From: Kofleriaceae bacterium
GTDB lineage: Bacteria; Myxococcota_A; Polyangia; Haliangiales; Haliangiaceae
DNA length: 31,624 nt
Direction: 5' to 3'
Assembly (NCBI GenBank): GCA_046597055.1
Contig: JBKJLC010000019.1
Span: 1 to 31,624, forward strand
Below the pieces are notes generated by a model. That model worked only from the letters and a program-made list of their open reading frames with translations, was not told the origin of the DNA and ran no database searches. This document shows positions 10,982-20,209 of the stretch, one piece after another. Made by a program: the position numbers and the translations under genes. Each line of letters starts with the position of its first letter. The first letter of the stretch is position 1.

Positions 10982-11655
10982 TGCCGATCGCCGGCCTGGT
11001 CGCCACCGCCGTGTGCGGGCTGGCGGTGGTCGCGCTGATCCTGGCCGAGCGGGCCGGCAGCCGGCGGGCCCGCTTCATCAGCAAGCCGATCGCGTCGGCG
11101 GCGTTCGTCGCGATCCCACTCGTCACCGGCGCGGTCGGCACCAACGCGGGGCCGGTGGCGGTCTGGGTCACCCTGGGGCTGGTGCTCGGGGCGATCGGCG
11201 ACGTCGCCCTGATGTTCGAGCGACGCGGGTTCCTGGCCGGACTGGTGGCGTTCCTGCTCGGTCACCTCGCGTACGTGATCGCGTTCGTCCACGTGGTCCC
11301 GGCCGACACCTGGCTCGACGGCGCGATGGCGATCTACGCGATCGCCGCCGCCGCCGCCGCCGCGGTGGTGCTGCGCTGGCTGTGGCCGCGCCTGGGATCC
11401 TTGCGCATCCCGGTGATCGCCTACGTCGCCGTGATCACGACGATGGTGATCGGCGGCCTCGCGGTGAGCGTGCACCACGGCGGAACGTCCGGAGACCGGA
11501 CATTCCTGACGGCCGGCGCGATCGCCTTCTACCTCTCGGATCTGGCGGTCGCACGCAACCGCTTCGTCGTCGCGGACCGGTGGAACCGATATGTCGGCCT
11601 GCCGGTCTACTACGGAGCGCAGCTCCTGATGGCGTGGGCGATCTCGCCCTGCTGA
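10981..11655 (+). CDS. Lysoplasmalogenase-like membrane protein (YhhN/TMEM86 family)
   Basis: KPIAS, GAIGDVALM, FLAGLVAFLLGHLAY, FYLSDLAVA, YYGAQLLMA; multiple TM segments; TGATG overlap with the upstream gene. Confidence 0.88.
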   Translation: MPIAGLVATAVCGLAVVALILAERAGSRRARFISKPIASAAFVAIPLVTGAVGTNAGPVAVWVTLGLVLGAIGDVALMFERRGFLAGLVAFLLGHLAYVIAFVHVVPADTWLDGAMAIYAIAAAAAAAVVLRWLWPRLGSLRIPVIAYVAVITTMVIGGLAVSVHHGGTSGDRTFLTAGAIAFYLSDLAVARNRFVVADRWNRYVGLPVYYGAQLLMAWAISPC

Positions 11656-11669
11656 GTGGTCGGGAGCCG

Positions 11670-11837
11670 CTACTTCTTGGCCCGTGAGCCACGCGCCTGA
11701 CGGCGCTTCTTGTTGCGGTTGAGTCCCCGCTTGTGGGCGGCGCTCTTCTTCGCCTTGATCTTCCGCCCACGCAGCGCGCGCTCGCGCTTGTACTTGGGGC
11801 GGGTCTTCAGCTTGCTTTTCGATCGTCCAGCGGCCAC
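11670..11837 (-). CDS. Small, very basic protein, 55 aa ([55 protein letters not shown]); absent from the ORF track
   Basis: GTG start with AGAGG SD, TAG stop, Lys codons nearly all AAG, upstream TTGACC-N16-TAGACT. Confidence 0.8.
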   Translation of the reverse strand: MAAGRSKSKLKTRPKYKRERALRGRKIKAKKSAAHKRGLNRNKKRRQARGSRAKK

Positions 11838-11875
11838 GGCTAACCTCTGTCTTGGCTTCGGTTTCGGGAGGCCGC

Positions 11876-11903
11876 AGTCTAGTCAACGCCCCCGCCAGGT
11901 CAA
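11876..11903 (-). promoter_or_regulatory. Sigma70-type promoter for the small basic protein gene
   Basis: Minus strand TTGACC (11898-11903), 16-nt spacer, TAGACT (11876-11881). Confidence 0.6.
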
Positions 11904-11919
11904 GAGCGGAACGCGGCTC

Positions 11920-11944
11920 GTAACCGCGCGGCAGAACTGGCGTA
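11920..11944 (+). promoter_or_regulatory. Candidate ECF (SigF/EcfF-type) autoregulatory promoter
   Basis: GTAACC-N15-CGTA ending 17 nt before the ECF sigma ATG; resembles the GTAAC…CG motif of NrsF-paired ECF sigma factors. Confidence 0.6.
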
Positions 11945-11961
11945 CAACTGGACCCGGGCCC

Positions 11962-12525
11962 ATGCCGGCAGATCCACGCCACCTCATGACGCAGTACTGC
12001 GACGGCGATGCCAGCGCTTTCCGGGAGCTGTACCAGCTCCTGGCCCCGCGCCTGGTTGGATATCTCATGCGCATGACCCGTGACCGGGCCACCGCGGACG
12101 ACATGATCCAGCAGACCTTCTTCAAGGTGCACCGGGCCCGCGCCGCCTACGTCCGCGGCGCCGACCCGGTGCCGTGGGTCTACGCGATCGCCCACCGCAC
12201 CTGCCTGGACGAGCTGCGCAAGCGGAAGCGATCGGCCGGGCTCACCGACGAGGGCGTGGTGCCCGAGGTCGCGGCGGTGATCACCGGCGAGTCGGCGACC
12301 GCGTCGGCCGAGCTGCCGGTGATCGACCCCGAACTCCAGCGCGCCGCGATCCGCGCGCTCGATACCCTGCCGCCGCAGCAGCGCGAGGCGGTGGTCCTGA
12401 CCAAGCTCGATGGCAAGTCGTTCGCCGAGGCCGCCGAGATCGCCGGCACCACCACCGGCGCAATGAAGGTGCGCGCCCACCGCGGCTATGTCGCGCTGCG
12501 CAAGGCGCTCGGAGGTGCCCCATGA
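11962..12525 (+). CDS. ECF-family RNA polymerase sigma factor
   Basis: [10 protein letters not shown]…[14 protein letters not shown]…[16 protein letters not shown] (region 2); [15 protein letters not shown]…SFAEAAEI…AMKVRAHRG (region 4). Confidence 0.93.
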   Translation: MPADPRHLMTQYCDGDASAFRELYQLLAPRLVGYLMRMTRDRATADDMIQQTFFKVHRARAAYVRGADPVPWVYAIAHRTCLDELRKRKRSAGLTDEGVVPEVAAVITGESATASAELPVIDPELQRAAIRALDTLPPQQREAVVLTKLDGKSFAEAAEIAGTTTGAMKVRAHRGYVALRKALGGAP

Positions 12526-13268
12526 AGCCTGTCGGCCACCTGCCCCACGGGAACGATCTCGGCCGCGATGAGCTCGACGGCCTGGCGCATCTGCGAAATC
12601 TCCCCAGTCTGCCACCGCCGCCCCTGCCCCCGGGGCTCGAGGCCGAGCTGGCCCAGCTGACCCCGACCCGGCCGCGCCGGCCCACCCGTGGGCTGGTGCG
12701 CACCACCGCGATCTCGATCGCCTACGCGGGGATCCTGCTGACGGTGCTCTCCACCCGCCGCGACCTCGAGCACCTGCCGCGGATGTGGCTGGTCCTCTAT
12801 GGGCTCGCGTGGCTGATCGGCTTCGCGGTGCCTCTCCACGTCGCGCTGGTGCCCCGCCCCGGCGCGATCATGCCGCGCTGGCGCCTGGGCGGAGCGCTCG
12901 CCGCGCTCTCCGCGATCGGCTTCGTCGCCGCCGGCTTCCTGTTCCCGCGCACCGCGGCCAACAGCAGCCTGCTCACCGGCCTCGCCTATGGACATGAGTG
13001 CCTGTCGATCGGGCTGGCGACCGCGGTGGTGCCGGTCATCCTGGGCACGCTGCTCCTGCGCGGCGCGGCGCCGGTCGGCTCCCGGCTCACCGCGGCGGCG
13101 CTCGGCGCCGCCGGCGGCAGCCTCGGCGGGCTGGTGTTGCACCTGTATTGCCCGATCACCGACGCCCTGCACGTCGGCGTCGTCCACGGCGGCGTGGTCG
13201 CATGCGCCGCGGTCCTCGCCGCCCTCGTGGTGCCGCGCGCCCTCGAGCCCCGCGCCCCGCGCCGCTGA
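12522..13268 (+). CDS. Membrane anti-sigma factor, NrsF/DUF1109-like
   Basis: ATGA overlap with the sigma gene, GGAGG SD, about 6 TM segments, conserved-type Cys in HECLSIG and LHLYCP…H. Confidence 0.8.
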   Translation: MKPVGHLPHGNDLGRDELDGLAHLRNLPSLPPPPLPPGLEAELAQLTPTRPRRPTRGLVRTTAISIAYAGILLTVLSTRRDLEHLPRMWLVLYGLAWLIGFAVPLHVALVPRPGAIMPRWRLGGALAALSAIGFVAAGFLFPRTAANSSLLTGLAYGHECLSIGLATAVVPVILGTLLLRGAAPVGSRLTAAALGAAGGSLGGLVLHLYCPITDALHVGVVHGGVVACAAVLAALVVPRALEPRAPRR

Positions 13269-13415
13269 CCGGAAGGACGGACGCCGCACGGCGTCGCCAG
13301 CCCCGTCGAGCTCATGGGGGTCTTGCGGTCGACGCACCATCGGCGGCGCTGGTCTAAGGCGGCCGCAAGCCCGCACCACGGCACGACGATCGACGCGTGG
13401 TACACGGACACCTAC

Positions 13416-13991
13416 ATGGCTCCGACCGACGAGGTGCGCGACCTGCAGGACTTCTTCGGGGCCTGGGAGCCGCTGGCCAGCGACGTCTCCGGGCCCCTGC
13501 GCGACGCCCCCCGCGAGGTCGCCGAGGCCGCGTTCGCCGACCTGATGAGCGCGCGCCCCGCCCGCCTCGCCGCCGTCACGGCCCTGGCGTCACGCCATGG
13601 CGTCGCGCTCGACCGCCCCGACGCCGCGTCCGCGCTCGGCACCTGGCTGGTCACCGCCGCGACCACCGCCGGCCCGGCCGCCCTCACCGGTCCCGACGCC
13701 TGGCGCTGGGCCGGCCTCGCCGCCGACACCGCCCTCTGGCTCGGCGAGCACATCATCGCCACCGCCGCGCCGACCGGCGCCGCCCTGCGCTGGGAGCTCT
13801 ACACCGGCATCAAGAAGTCGACCGGCTACCAGCGGGCCGTCCTCACCGGCTTCCGCCGCGTCGACGACCCTCGTTACTACGTCGACGTCGCCCACTTCGT
13901 CGCCTCGTGGTTCGAGCTCGCCGCCCGCCGCCGCCCCGCCCGCCCCGACTTCCTCGCCACCATCGCGACCACCACCCTCGCCGACGCCTGA
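13416..13991 (+). CDS. Hypothetical protein
   Basis: Strongly C-ending codons; Trp/Tyr-containing globular-looking C-terminus (WELYTGIKKSTGYQRAVL); start uncertain. Confidence 0.7.
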   Translation: MAPTDEVRDLQDFFGAWEPLASDVSGPLRDAPREVAEAAFADLMSARPARLAAVTALASRHGVALDRPDAASALGTWLVTAATTAGPAALTGPDAWRWAGLAADTALWLGEHIIATAAPTGAALRWELYTGIKKSTGYQRAVLTGFRRVDDPRYYVDVAHFVASWFELAARRRPARPDFLATIATTTLADA

Positions 13992-14025
13992 CCCGCCCCC
14001 ACCCTCTCCCTCTCCTTCTCCCTGC

Positions 14026-14736
14026 CTACCCCCCATCCCGCAGCAACTCCAGGATCGGCGCCAGCGCGTTCGCCACCCGCTCCCCACCCCCGCTCGACAT
14101 CGTCACCGCAAACGACGTCTCCAGCTGCAACCCGGCATACCGCTCCCCCGCCAGCTCCGCCCGCAGCGACGTCGTGATCCCCGGCCCGGTCCCGCGATAC
14201 GGCTGGTTCGCCCGCACGCTGAACCCGGCCGCGCGCAGCCCGAACTGCACCCGCTCCGCCAGCTCCGCCTCGAACGCCATCGCCGGGTCGTACAGCACGC
14301 CAACATCGAACACCCGCGCCGCCGGATCCAGCGCCGGATCGAAGCTGTGCGACGACACGTGCAGGCACGCCCCGACCGACAGCAGCCGCGCCCGCGCATC
14401 CCGGCGCACCGCCGCCCAGAACGGCGCGTGATACTCCGCGAGCCGGTGCGCATGCGCGGCCGCCGGCAGCGCCGCATTGCCGGGCACCGCCGCGCCGTAG
14501 CTGACCCGCGGGATCACGTCGGGATGCTCGGGCGGCCGGTTGAGATCGACCCACATGCGACTGAACGCACCGGTGTGCACGTACAGCCCGAGCCCCTCAC
14601 CGAGCCGCGCGGCGATCTCGTACGCGCCCGGATCCCAGCTCGCCTGCGACCGGAGGACGTCGTCGGCTACCCCGAGATCGACCCCGGGCGGCAGCGTCCA
14701 CGACGCGTGCTCGCACGACAACACCAGGCCGATCAC
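14026..14736 (-). CDS. N-formylglutamate amidohydrolase (FGase) family protein
   Basis: LSCEHAS, WDPGA, FSRMWVDLNR, YHAPF, HSF, VGVLYD, NQPY, LQLE. Confidence 0.88.
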   Translation of the reverse strand: MIGLVLSCEHASWTLPPGVDLGVADDVLRSQASWDPGAYEIAARLGEGLGLYVHTGAFSRMWVDLNRPPEHPDVIPRVSYGAAVPGNAALPAAAHAHRLAEYHAPFWAAVRRDARARLLSVGACLHVSSHSFDPALDPAARVFDVGVLYDPAMAFEAELAERVQFGLRAAGFSVRANQPYRGTGPGITTSLRAELAGERYAGLQLETSFAVTMSSGGGERVANALAPILELLRDGG

Positions 14737-14815
14737 CGCCGCAGCCTAGTGCACCGGGCTGGCACTGGCATCAACGATCCGCCGCGCCGCGCCGCCCCGC
14801 GGGGAGGACCACAAG

Positions 14816-16630
14816 CTAGAACGCCTCGTCCGCCAGCTCCATCAGCGCCAGATCACCGGCCTCGATGATCCGCCGCGACAGCCCGATGCCGACCATCAGC
14901 TCCTTGCAGTAGAACCGCGCGGCCGCGACCTTGCCGTCGTAGAACGCGCGATCGCGCTCGGCCGCCGACCCGCGCCGCTCGAGCGCGACCTTGGCGTTCA
15001 CCAGCAGGCGCCAGCCGATCACCAGCTCGGCCAGCGAGAACAGGATCCGGTTGCCATGCAGGCCGACGTGGTACGGCGACTGCGCGACCTTGCCCATCAT
15101 GCCCATGAAGATCGCGCCGACGTCGGCCGCGGCCTTTTCGAGCGCGGTCTTCTCGGCGGCCAGCGCCTCGGGCAGCTCGGCGGCGGTCGTCCCGATCTCG
15201 CCCATCAGCCGCTGCAGGGTCTGGCCGCGGTCGCGCCCGACCTTGCGGAAGAACAGATCGAGCGCCTGGATCGCGGTGGTGCCCTCGTAGAGCGTGTCGA
15301 TCTTCTGATCGCGGATGTATTGCTCGATCGGATAGTCCGAGCAGTAGCCCGAGCCGCCGAAGCACTGCAGGCTCAGGCTGAGCACCTCGTACACCTTCTC
15401 CGACGCGTAGCCCTTCACCAGCGGCAGCAGCAGATCGTTGAGCGCGTCGAGGCCCTTGGCCTCGCCGGTGCCGTGCCCGCCGGCGATCAGCACCTGGTCC
15501 TGCACGTGCGCGGTGTACAGCACCAGCGCACGCAGGCCTTCGGCCATCGCCTTCTGCACCATCAGCATGCGGCGGACGTCGGGGTGGCGGATGACCTCGA
15601 CCCGCGGCGCGGTCTTGTCGCCGGCGCGGCCGAGGTCGGAGCCCTGCTTGCGCAGCTGGGTGTACGCGAGCGCGTTGAGGTACGCGGTCGACAGGGTCGC
15701 CATCGACTTGGTGCCCACGCCCATGCGCGCGTACTCGATCACCTGGAACATCTGGGCGATGCCCTCGTGGACGCCCCCGACCAGGAGGCCGCGGCACGGC
15801 GTGGTCGCGCCCAGGGTCAGCTCGCAGGTCGCCGACGCCTTGATGCCCATCTTGTGCTCGACGCCAGTCACCACCGCCCCGTTGCGGGCGCCGAGCGAGC
15901 CGTCGGCCTCGACCCAGATCTTGGGCACGATGAACATCGACAGGCCCTTGGTGCCGGGACCGGCGCCCTCGGGCCGGGCCAGCACCAGGTGGACGATGTT
16001 GCCCGGCTGGTCGAAGTCACCGTTGGTGATGAAGCGCTTCACGCCCTCGAGCAGGTACTCGTCGCCAGCGACGTGGGTCGCCTTGGTGGTGCCGGCGCCG
16101 ACGTCGCTGCCGGCGTCGGGCTCGGTCAGCACCATCGTGCCGCCCCAGTGGTGCTCGAGGATGTTGTTGAGGTAGCGCTGCTTCTGCTCGGCGGTGCCGA
16201 GCTGATCGATGACCTTGGCGTGGAAGTTTCCGAGGATGTAGAAGGTCATCGCCGCGTTGGCGCCAGCCAGCAGCTCGAACGCGGCCCACGCGACCGTCGG
16301 CGGCGCGCCGTAGCCACCGAGCTGCTCGGGCAGCTCGAGCTTGTTCCAGCCGTCGCGGTAGTACGCGTCGAGCGCGCGGGTGAAGCTCGGCGGCAGGGTG
16401 ACGTTGCCCTTGCCGTCGAACCCCACGCCGTGCTTGTCACCGTCGGCGAACGCGGGCGCGAAGTGCTCCTGCACGAAGTCGGTGAGCCCGGTCAGCGCCT
16501 CGCGCGCGGCGTCACCGTCGAGCGTGACGAACGGGCCCTTCCCGAGGCTCGTGCGCTCGATATCGAGCACCTCGAACAGGTTGAAGAAGATGTCGCGAAG
16601 GTTGGGCTGGTAGTGACCGGCGGCGGGCAT
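14816..16630 (-). CDS. Acyl-CoA dehydrogenase (FadE5-like, 604 aa)
   Basis: MVLTEPDAGSDVG, GVKRFITNG, GTKGLSMF, EHKMGIKASATC, QCFGGSGY, TLYEGTTAIQALD. Confidence 0.93.
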   Translation of the reverse strand: MPAAGHYQPNLRDIFFNLFEVLDIERTSLGKGPFVTLDGDAAREALTGLTDFVQEHFAPAFADGDKHGVGFDGKGNVTLPPSFTRALDAYYRDGWNKLELPEQLGGYGAPPTVAWAAFELLAGANAAMTFYILGNFHAKVIDQLGTAEQKQRYLNNILEHHWGGTMVLTEPDAGSDVGAGTTKATHVAGDEYLLEGVKRFITNGDFDQPGNIVHLVLARPEGAGPGTKGLSMFIVPKIWVEADGSLGARNGAVVTGVEHKMGIKASATCELTLGATTPCRGLLVGGVHEGIAQMFQVIEYARMGVGTKSMATLSTAYLNALAYTQLRKQGSDLGRAGDKTAPRVEVIRHPDVRRMLMVQKAMAEGLRALVLYTAHVQDQVLIAGGHGTGEAKGLDALNDLLLPLVKGYASEKVYEVLSLSLQCFGGSGYCSDYPIEQYIRDQKIDTLYEGTTAIQALDLFFRKVGRDRGQTLQRLMGEIGTTAAELPEALAAEKTALEKAAADVGAIFMGMMGKVAQSPYHVGLHGNRILFSLAELVIGWRLLVNAKVALERRGSAAERDRAFYDGKVAAARFYCKELMVGIGLSRRIIEAGDLALMELADEAF

Positions 16631-16654
16631 CCCCCGCAGCTTACAACAGCCGGC

Positions 16655-17497
16655 TCACGGCGCTGGACACCCAGGAACCGCGGTATCGAGGTTCAGCTGT
16701 TGCGGGTTCAGCGTCGTGACCAGGTTGGCGCCAGGCACGCGGAAGCTGGTGGTCCGCGACCAGCATGGCGCCGCCGCCACCGTGCCGGACAGCACCATCG
16801 AGTGCTGACCCGACGTCAGCCCGACCACGCGGAGGTCCTGATCGGTCGCGATGCAGCCGTGGCTCGCGCCGGCGCAGTCGCTGACGTAGGTCCCGGCCGG
16901 CTGGCTGGCGCCGGCCGCGATCACGAACGTGGTGGGGACGCACACGCCGGCGGCGTCGCGCATGGCGATCGTCATCGCGGTGATGCCGGCGCCGCCCTGC
17001 GCCGCGGGCGTGCAGTTGCCGTTGGTCGGGGTCGCGATGCGGAACACCAGGTCACCGTGGGGATCGACGTCGAACCCGATCGGCGCAAGCGCGACGGTCT
17101 GGCCGGGCGCGATCACCACCCCGAGCCGGGTCTCCGGCCCGTCGAGCCGCCCGGCGGCCCCGTCGAGCGTGATCCGCACGTCGTAGGTACCGGGCGCGAG
17201 CGGGCGCGACATGCCGCTGCCGCTGGTGCACGACACCGAGTCGACCACACCGAACGCGGCGCCGACCGGCAGGATCTGGATGGTCACCGCGGCGGCGTCG
17301 ACCTGCGCACACGTGAGCGGCGCGCCGAGGTGCGTGATGGCCCAGGTCAACGAGAGCTGCCCGGGCACGGCCGCGTCGGTCGCGGGGCGGGCGTCGGGGA
17401 TACCGGCGTCGTCGCTACAGCCGGCGACCAGCGCCAGCGTCACACCCAACCCGCCCCACGACCATGACCGACGCGAGGGCTGACAGTGAGGATCCAT
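16655..17497 (-). CDS. Hypothetical Cys-containing beta-rich lipoprotein with two similar domains
   Basis: Lipobox LVAGC; Cys pairs; TATCCT 6 nt before ATG. Confidence 0.75.
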   Translation of the reverse strand: MDPHCQPSRRSWSWGGLGVTLALVAGCSDDAGIPDARPATDAAVPGQLSLTWAITHLGAPLTCAQVDAAAVTIQILPVGAAFGVVDSVSCTSGSGMSRPLAPGTYDVRITLDGAAGRLDGPETRLGVVIAPGQTVALAPIGFDVDPHGDLVFRIATPTNGNCTPAAQGGAGITAMTIAMRDAAGVCVPTTFVIAAGASQPAGTYVSDCAGASHGCIATDQDLRVVGLTSGQHSMVLSGTVAAAPCWSRTTSFRVPGANLVTTLNPQQLNLDTAVPGCPAP

Positions 17498-17509
17498 CCA
17501 GCGAGGATA

Positions 17510-18031
17510 TCAGCAAGTCGCCAGCGCCTTCTGCATCCGGACGACGTGGCACGGCTCCTTCATCGCGCGCTGGACGTACGGCGCGGTGCCGACCTCGCGG
17601 TATCCGAGGCGCCGGTACCAGGTTCCCAGCTCCTCGCGCAGGTTGACGAGCTCGAGCTCGACCGTGCGGCCGCCGAGCGCGGTGCACAGCGCCTCCGCCA
17701 CCGCGACCAGGCGCGTCCCGAGCCCGAGCCGCTGCAGCTCGGGCGCCACCGCCAGCAGTGCGACCTCGCCGACCACGTCGTCGATCCGTACGTACACCGC
17801 GGCGGCGATGGCGCCGCCGGCATCGAGGACCAGGAAGTGGCCGCGGTCGGCCAGCGCGCGGACCTCGGCCTCGTTGGTGCGCTCGCCGTCGGCAAAGAAC
17901 GCCTCGACCTGGTGGGCGCGGTTGATGAGCACCGTCAGCGCCGGCACGTCGGCGGCCCGGGCTCGCCGCACGCTCGGCGAGATGCCGTTGAGTCGCTCGG
18001 GGCGGGTGACTGCTGCAGCGAGGTTGCCCAT
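17510..18031 (-). CDS. GNAT-family N-acetyltransferase
   Basis: LLAVAPELQRLGLGTRLV acetyl-CoA motif A; WYRRLGYREVG. Confidence 0.9.
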   Translation of the reverse strand: MGNLAAAVTRPERLNGISPSVRRARAADVPALTVLINRAHQVEAFFADGERTNEAEVRALADRGHFLVLDAGGAIAAAVYVRIDDVVGEVALLAVAPELQRLGLGTRLVAVAEALCTALGGRTVELELVNLREELGTWYRRLGYREVGTAPYVQRAMKEPCHVVRMQKALATC

Positions 18032-18082
18032 CGCCGCAGAGCTATCATGCGTGTCTGATCTCGGCGCGGCGCGTGCGCGCGA

Positions 18083-19162
18083 TCAGCGACAGCCGGTGGC
18101 GGTCCGGATCGTGGTCGGCGTGCCGATCTGCCCGGCCGTCAGCCACGGATCCAGCGCGGCCAGCCCGCGCACGTGCCGCTCGAACCAGGCGGTCGTGACC
18201 CGCTTGGTGATCGAGTGCACCGTGGCGTCGGGGGTCGCCCCGTTCTGACACGCGACGCACGCGAACCCGCACGAGCCGCGATCGCCGATCCAGTCCATGT
18301 GGTCGGCCATGGCCACCGTGACCTCGAGCGTCGCCGGCGCGGCGCAGGCGCTGGTGAAGTACGCCTGGTAGTTGTCGGCCGCCGGCGCGCACGACATGCC
18401 GCCGAGCCCACCGCTCGAGTCGGTCAGCTCGCCGATCAGCGCGATCGGCACCCGCAGGTTGCCCATCATCTCCGGCGCGACCGACAGCGAGCCATCGCTG
18501 CTGAACGGCGGCAGGGCGTCGACCGGATCCCAGCCGACCACCGCCTTGATGCGGGTGTCGAGGATGGCGGCGTTGATGCTGACCTTGCCGCCGAGCGAGT
18601 GACCGGCGACCGCGATCCGCGCGGCTTCGACCCGGGTCGAGAGGCCGCTGCTGGCCCCGAGCGTCCAGTCGATGATCTTGCCCACCTCACGCGCCTTGTC
18701 CTGGTGGCTGCCGCTCGACGCGTAGTCGTGGGTGATGCAGACGTAGCCCCAGGTCGCGAGGTGCTCGCAGTAGATGCGGTACTGCGTGCGCGCGAGCTGG
18801 AAGCCCGACGAGACCACGACCAGCGGGAACGGGCCGGCGGCCGGGGTGCCAGCGACCTCGGCCGGCGAGTACACGGTGCCCCGCACCGTCGAGGTGCCGC
18901 CCAGCGAGATCGAGACGTTGTCGGCGGTGTGGACCAGGTAGCGCCCGGGCAGGCCGGGATCACCGACGGCGCTGCCGCCATCGATCACCACGCCGCCATC
19001 GGGGGTCGAGCCGGCATCGACGTCGCCCCCGCCGCCCCCATCACCGCCGCCGCCGCCGCCGCCATCGACGAAGGCGCGCGCGTCGGGGTCACTCGCGCCG
19101 TCCCCACCGCCGCCGCATGCCATGATCGAAAAGATCGCCGCGAGCCACAGCACGTTGCGCAT
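18083..19162 (-). CDS. Alpha/beta-hydrolase lipoprotein, chlorophyllase/cutinase-like
   Basis: Lipobox SIMAC; Gly/Asp linker; HLATWGY; nucleophile elbow GHSLGG; WDPVD; ADHMDW; GGAGG SD. Confidence 0.85.
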   Translation of the reverse strand: MRNVLWLAAIFSIMACGGGGDGASDPDARAFVDGGGGGGGDGGGGGDVDAGSTPDGGVVIDGGSAVGDPGLPGRYLVHTADNVSISLGGTSTVRGTVYSPAEVAGTPAAGPFPLVVVSSGFQLARTQYRIYCEHLATWGYVCITHDYASSGSHQDKAREVGKIIDWTLGASSGLSTRVEAARIAVAGHSLGGKVSINAAILDTRIKAVVGWDPVDALPPFSSDGSLSVAPEMMGNLRVPIALIGELTDSSGGLGGMSCAPAADNYQAYFTSACAAPATLEVTVAMADHMDWIGDRGSCGFACVACQNGATPDATVHSITKRVTTAWFERHVRGLAALDPWLTAGQIGTPTTIRTATGCR

Positions 19163-19165
19163 GTA

Positions 19166-20059
19166 CTACCTCCGTCGAGAATCGGGTTTGTCTGGCGCCG
19201 CTGGCGCGAGTGGCGCCGGTGGCGGCGAGCCGGCGGCAGCGCGCAGCTCGGGGATGACCAGCTTGGCGCGCATCGCGATCACCAGCCGCTCACCCAGCTG
19301 GGTGGCGTCGCGCGCGATCTCGTCGAGGGGCCGGGTCGGCAGCACGCTGCCCGCCAGCACGCGGCGACGGAACAGCTCGATCTCGACCCGCACCAGCGTG
19401 CGGACCGCAGCCGCGTACGGCTCGAGGATCGACATCGGAAACAGGTCGCCCATGCCGACCCGCCGGGTCTCGTCGATCACGGTGAGGATCTCGAGATCGG
19501 CGCCGCTGTAGGTCTGGGTGCCGTCCGCCCCTACTACCGGCTCGCACAGGCCCAGGTCGCCCAGGGCATCGAGCTCGGCGTCCGCGATGTCGAGGCGCGC
19601 GCGCACGTCGGCGCGGGTCCACGCGCCGGGCTCACCGGTGCGACGCTCGCGCGCGGTGTCGGCGCCGGCCTGGATCGCCGGCTCGAGATCGCCGAGGTGC
19701 CGGCGCAGCGTCTCCTCGGCGTCGGCCCGCAGCGCCGCGGACGGCGGCGGCTCGAGCAGCTCGGCGATCAGCTTGAGCGGCAGGAAGCGCCGCGTCTGCA
19801 GATCCTTGATGGTGCGCACCCGGGCCGCGAGCCGCGGATCGTAGTACGCCATGTTGCGGCTGGTCAGCGCCTGCGGTCGGGGCAACAGGCCCTCGCGCAT
19901 GTAGTGCTTGATCGTCGCCGCGGGCACTCCCGCCAGATCGGCGAGGTCCGAGATCCGCACCAGCTCGCGGCGTGACGCCGGGGCTCGTGGAGCAGTAGAA
20001 ACAGCAGCCCGGTCCCGACGTCCCGAGGGGGGAGCAATACGGACGCGAGACCGGGCCAC
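19166..20059 (-). CDS. MerR-family transcriptional regulator with two MerR-like HTH regions
   Basis: RISDLADLAGVPAATIKHYMREGLLP…MAYY…FLPLKLI; second degenerate wHTH (ELDALGDLGL…YSGADL). Confidence 0.88.
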   Translation of the reverse strand: MARSRVRIAPPSGRRDRAAVSTAPRAPASRRELVRISDLADLAGVPAATIKHYMREGLLPRPQALTSRNMAYYDPRLAARVRTIKDLQTRRFLPLKLIAELLEPPPSAALRADAEETLRRHLGDLEPAIQAGADTARERRTGEPGAWTRADVRARLDIADAELDALGDLGLCEPVVGADGTQTYSGADLEILTVIDETRRVGMGDLFPMSILEPYAAAVRTLVRVEIELFRRRVLAGSVLPTRPLDEIARDATQLGERLVIAMRAKLVIPELRAAAGSPPPAPLAPAAPDKPDSRRR

Positions 20060-20102
20060 GAACGCGACCCTACCCGGGTGAACGAAGATCCGAAAGTAGG
20101 AA

Positions 20103-20120
20103 GTGAAACTTTCTACTCAC
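20103..20120. promoter_or_regulatory. Candidate operator GTGA-N10-TCAC, copy 1 (upstream of the merR-like gene)
   Basis: GTGAAACTTTCTACTCAC; 13/18 identical to the copy at 20482-20499. Confidence 0.5.
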
Positions 20121-20209
20121 CGCCGCCCGAAACGGTCGGACCGGGCCGCGCCGCGACAGTGTCTCCCCGGGCCGCGTTTTCTGCATCGGTCGCGTCTCTC
20201 GTCGCTGCG

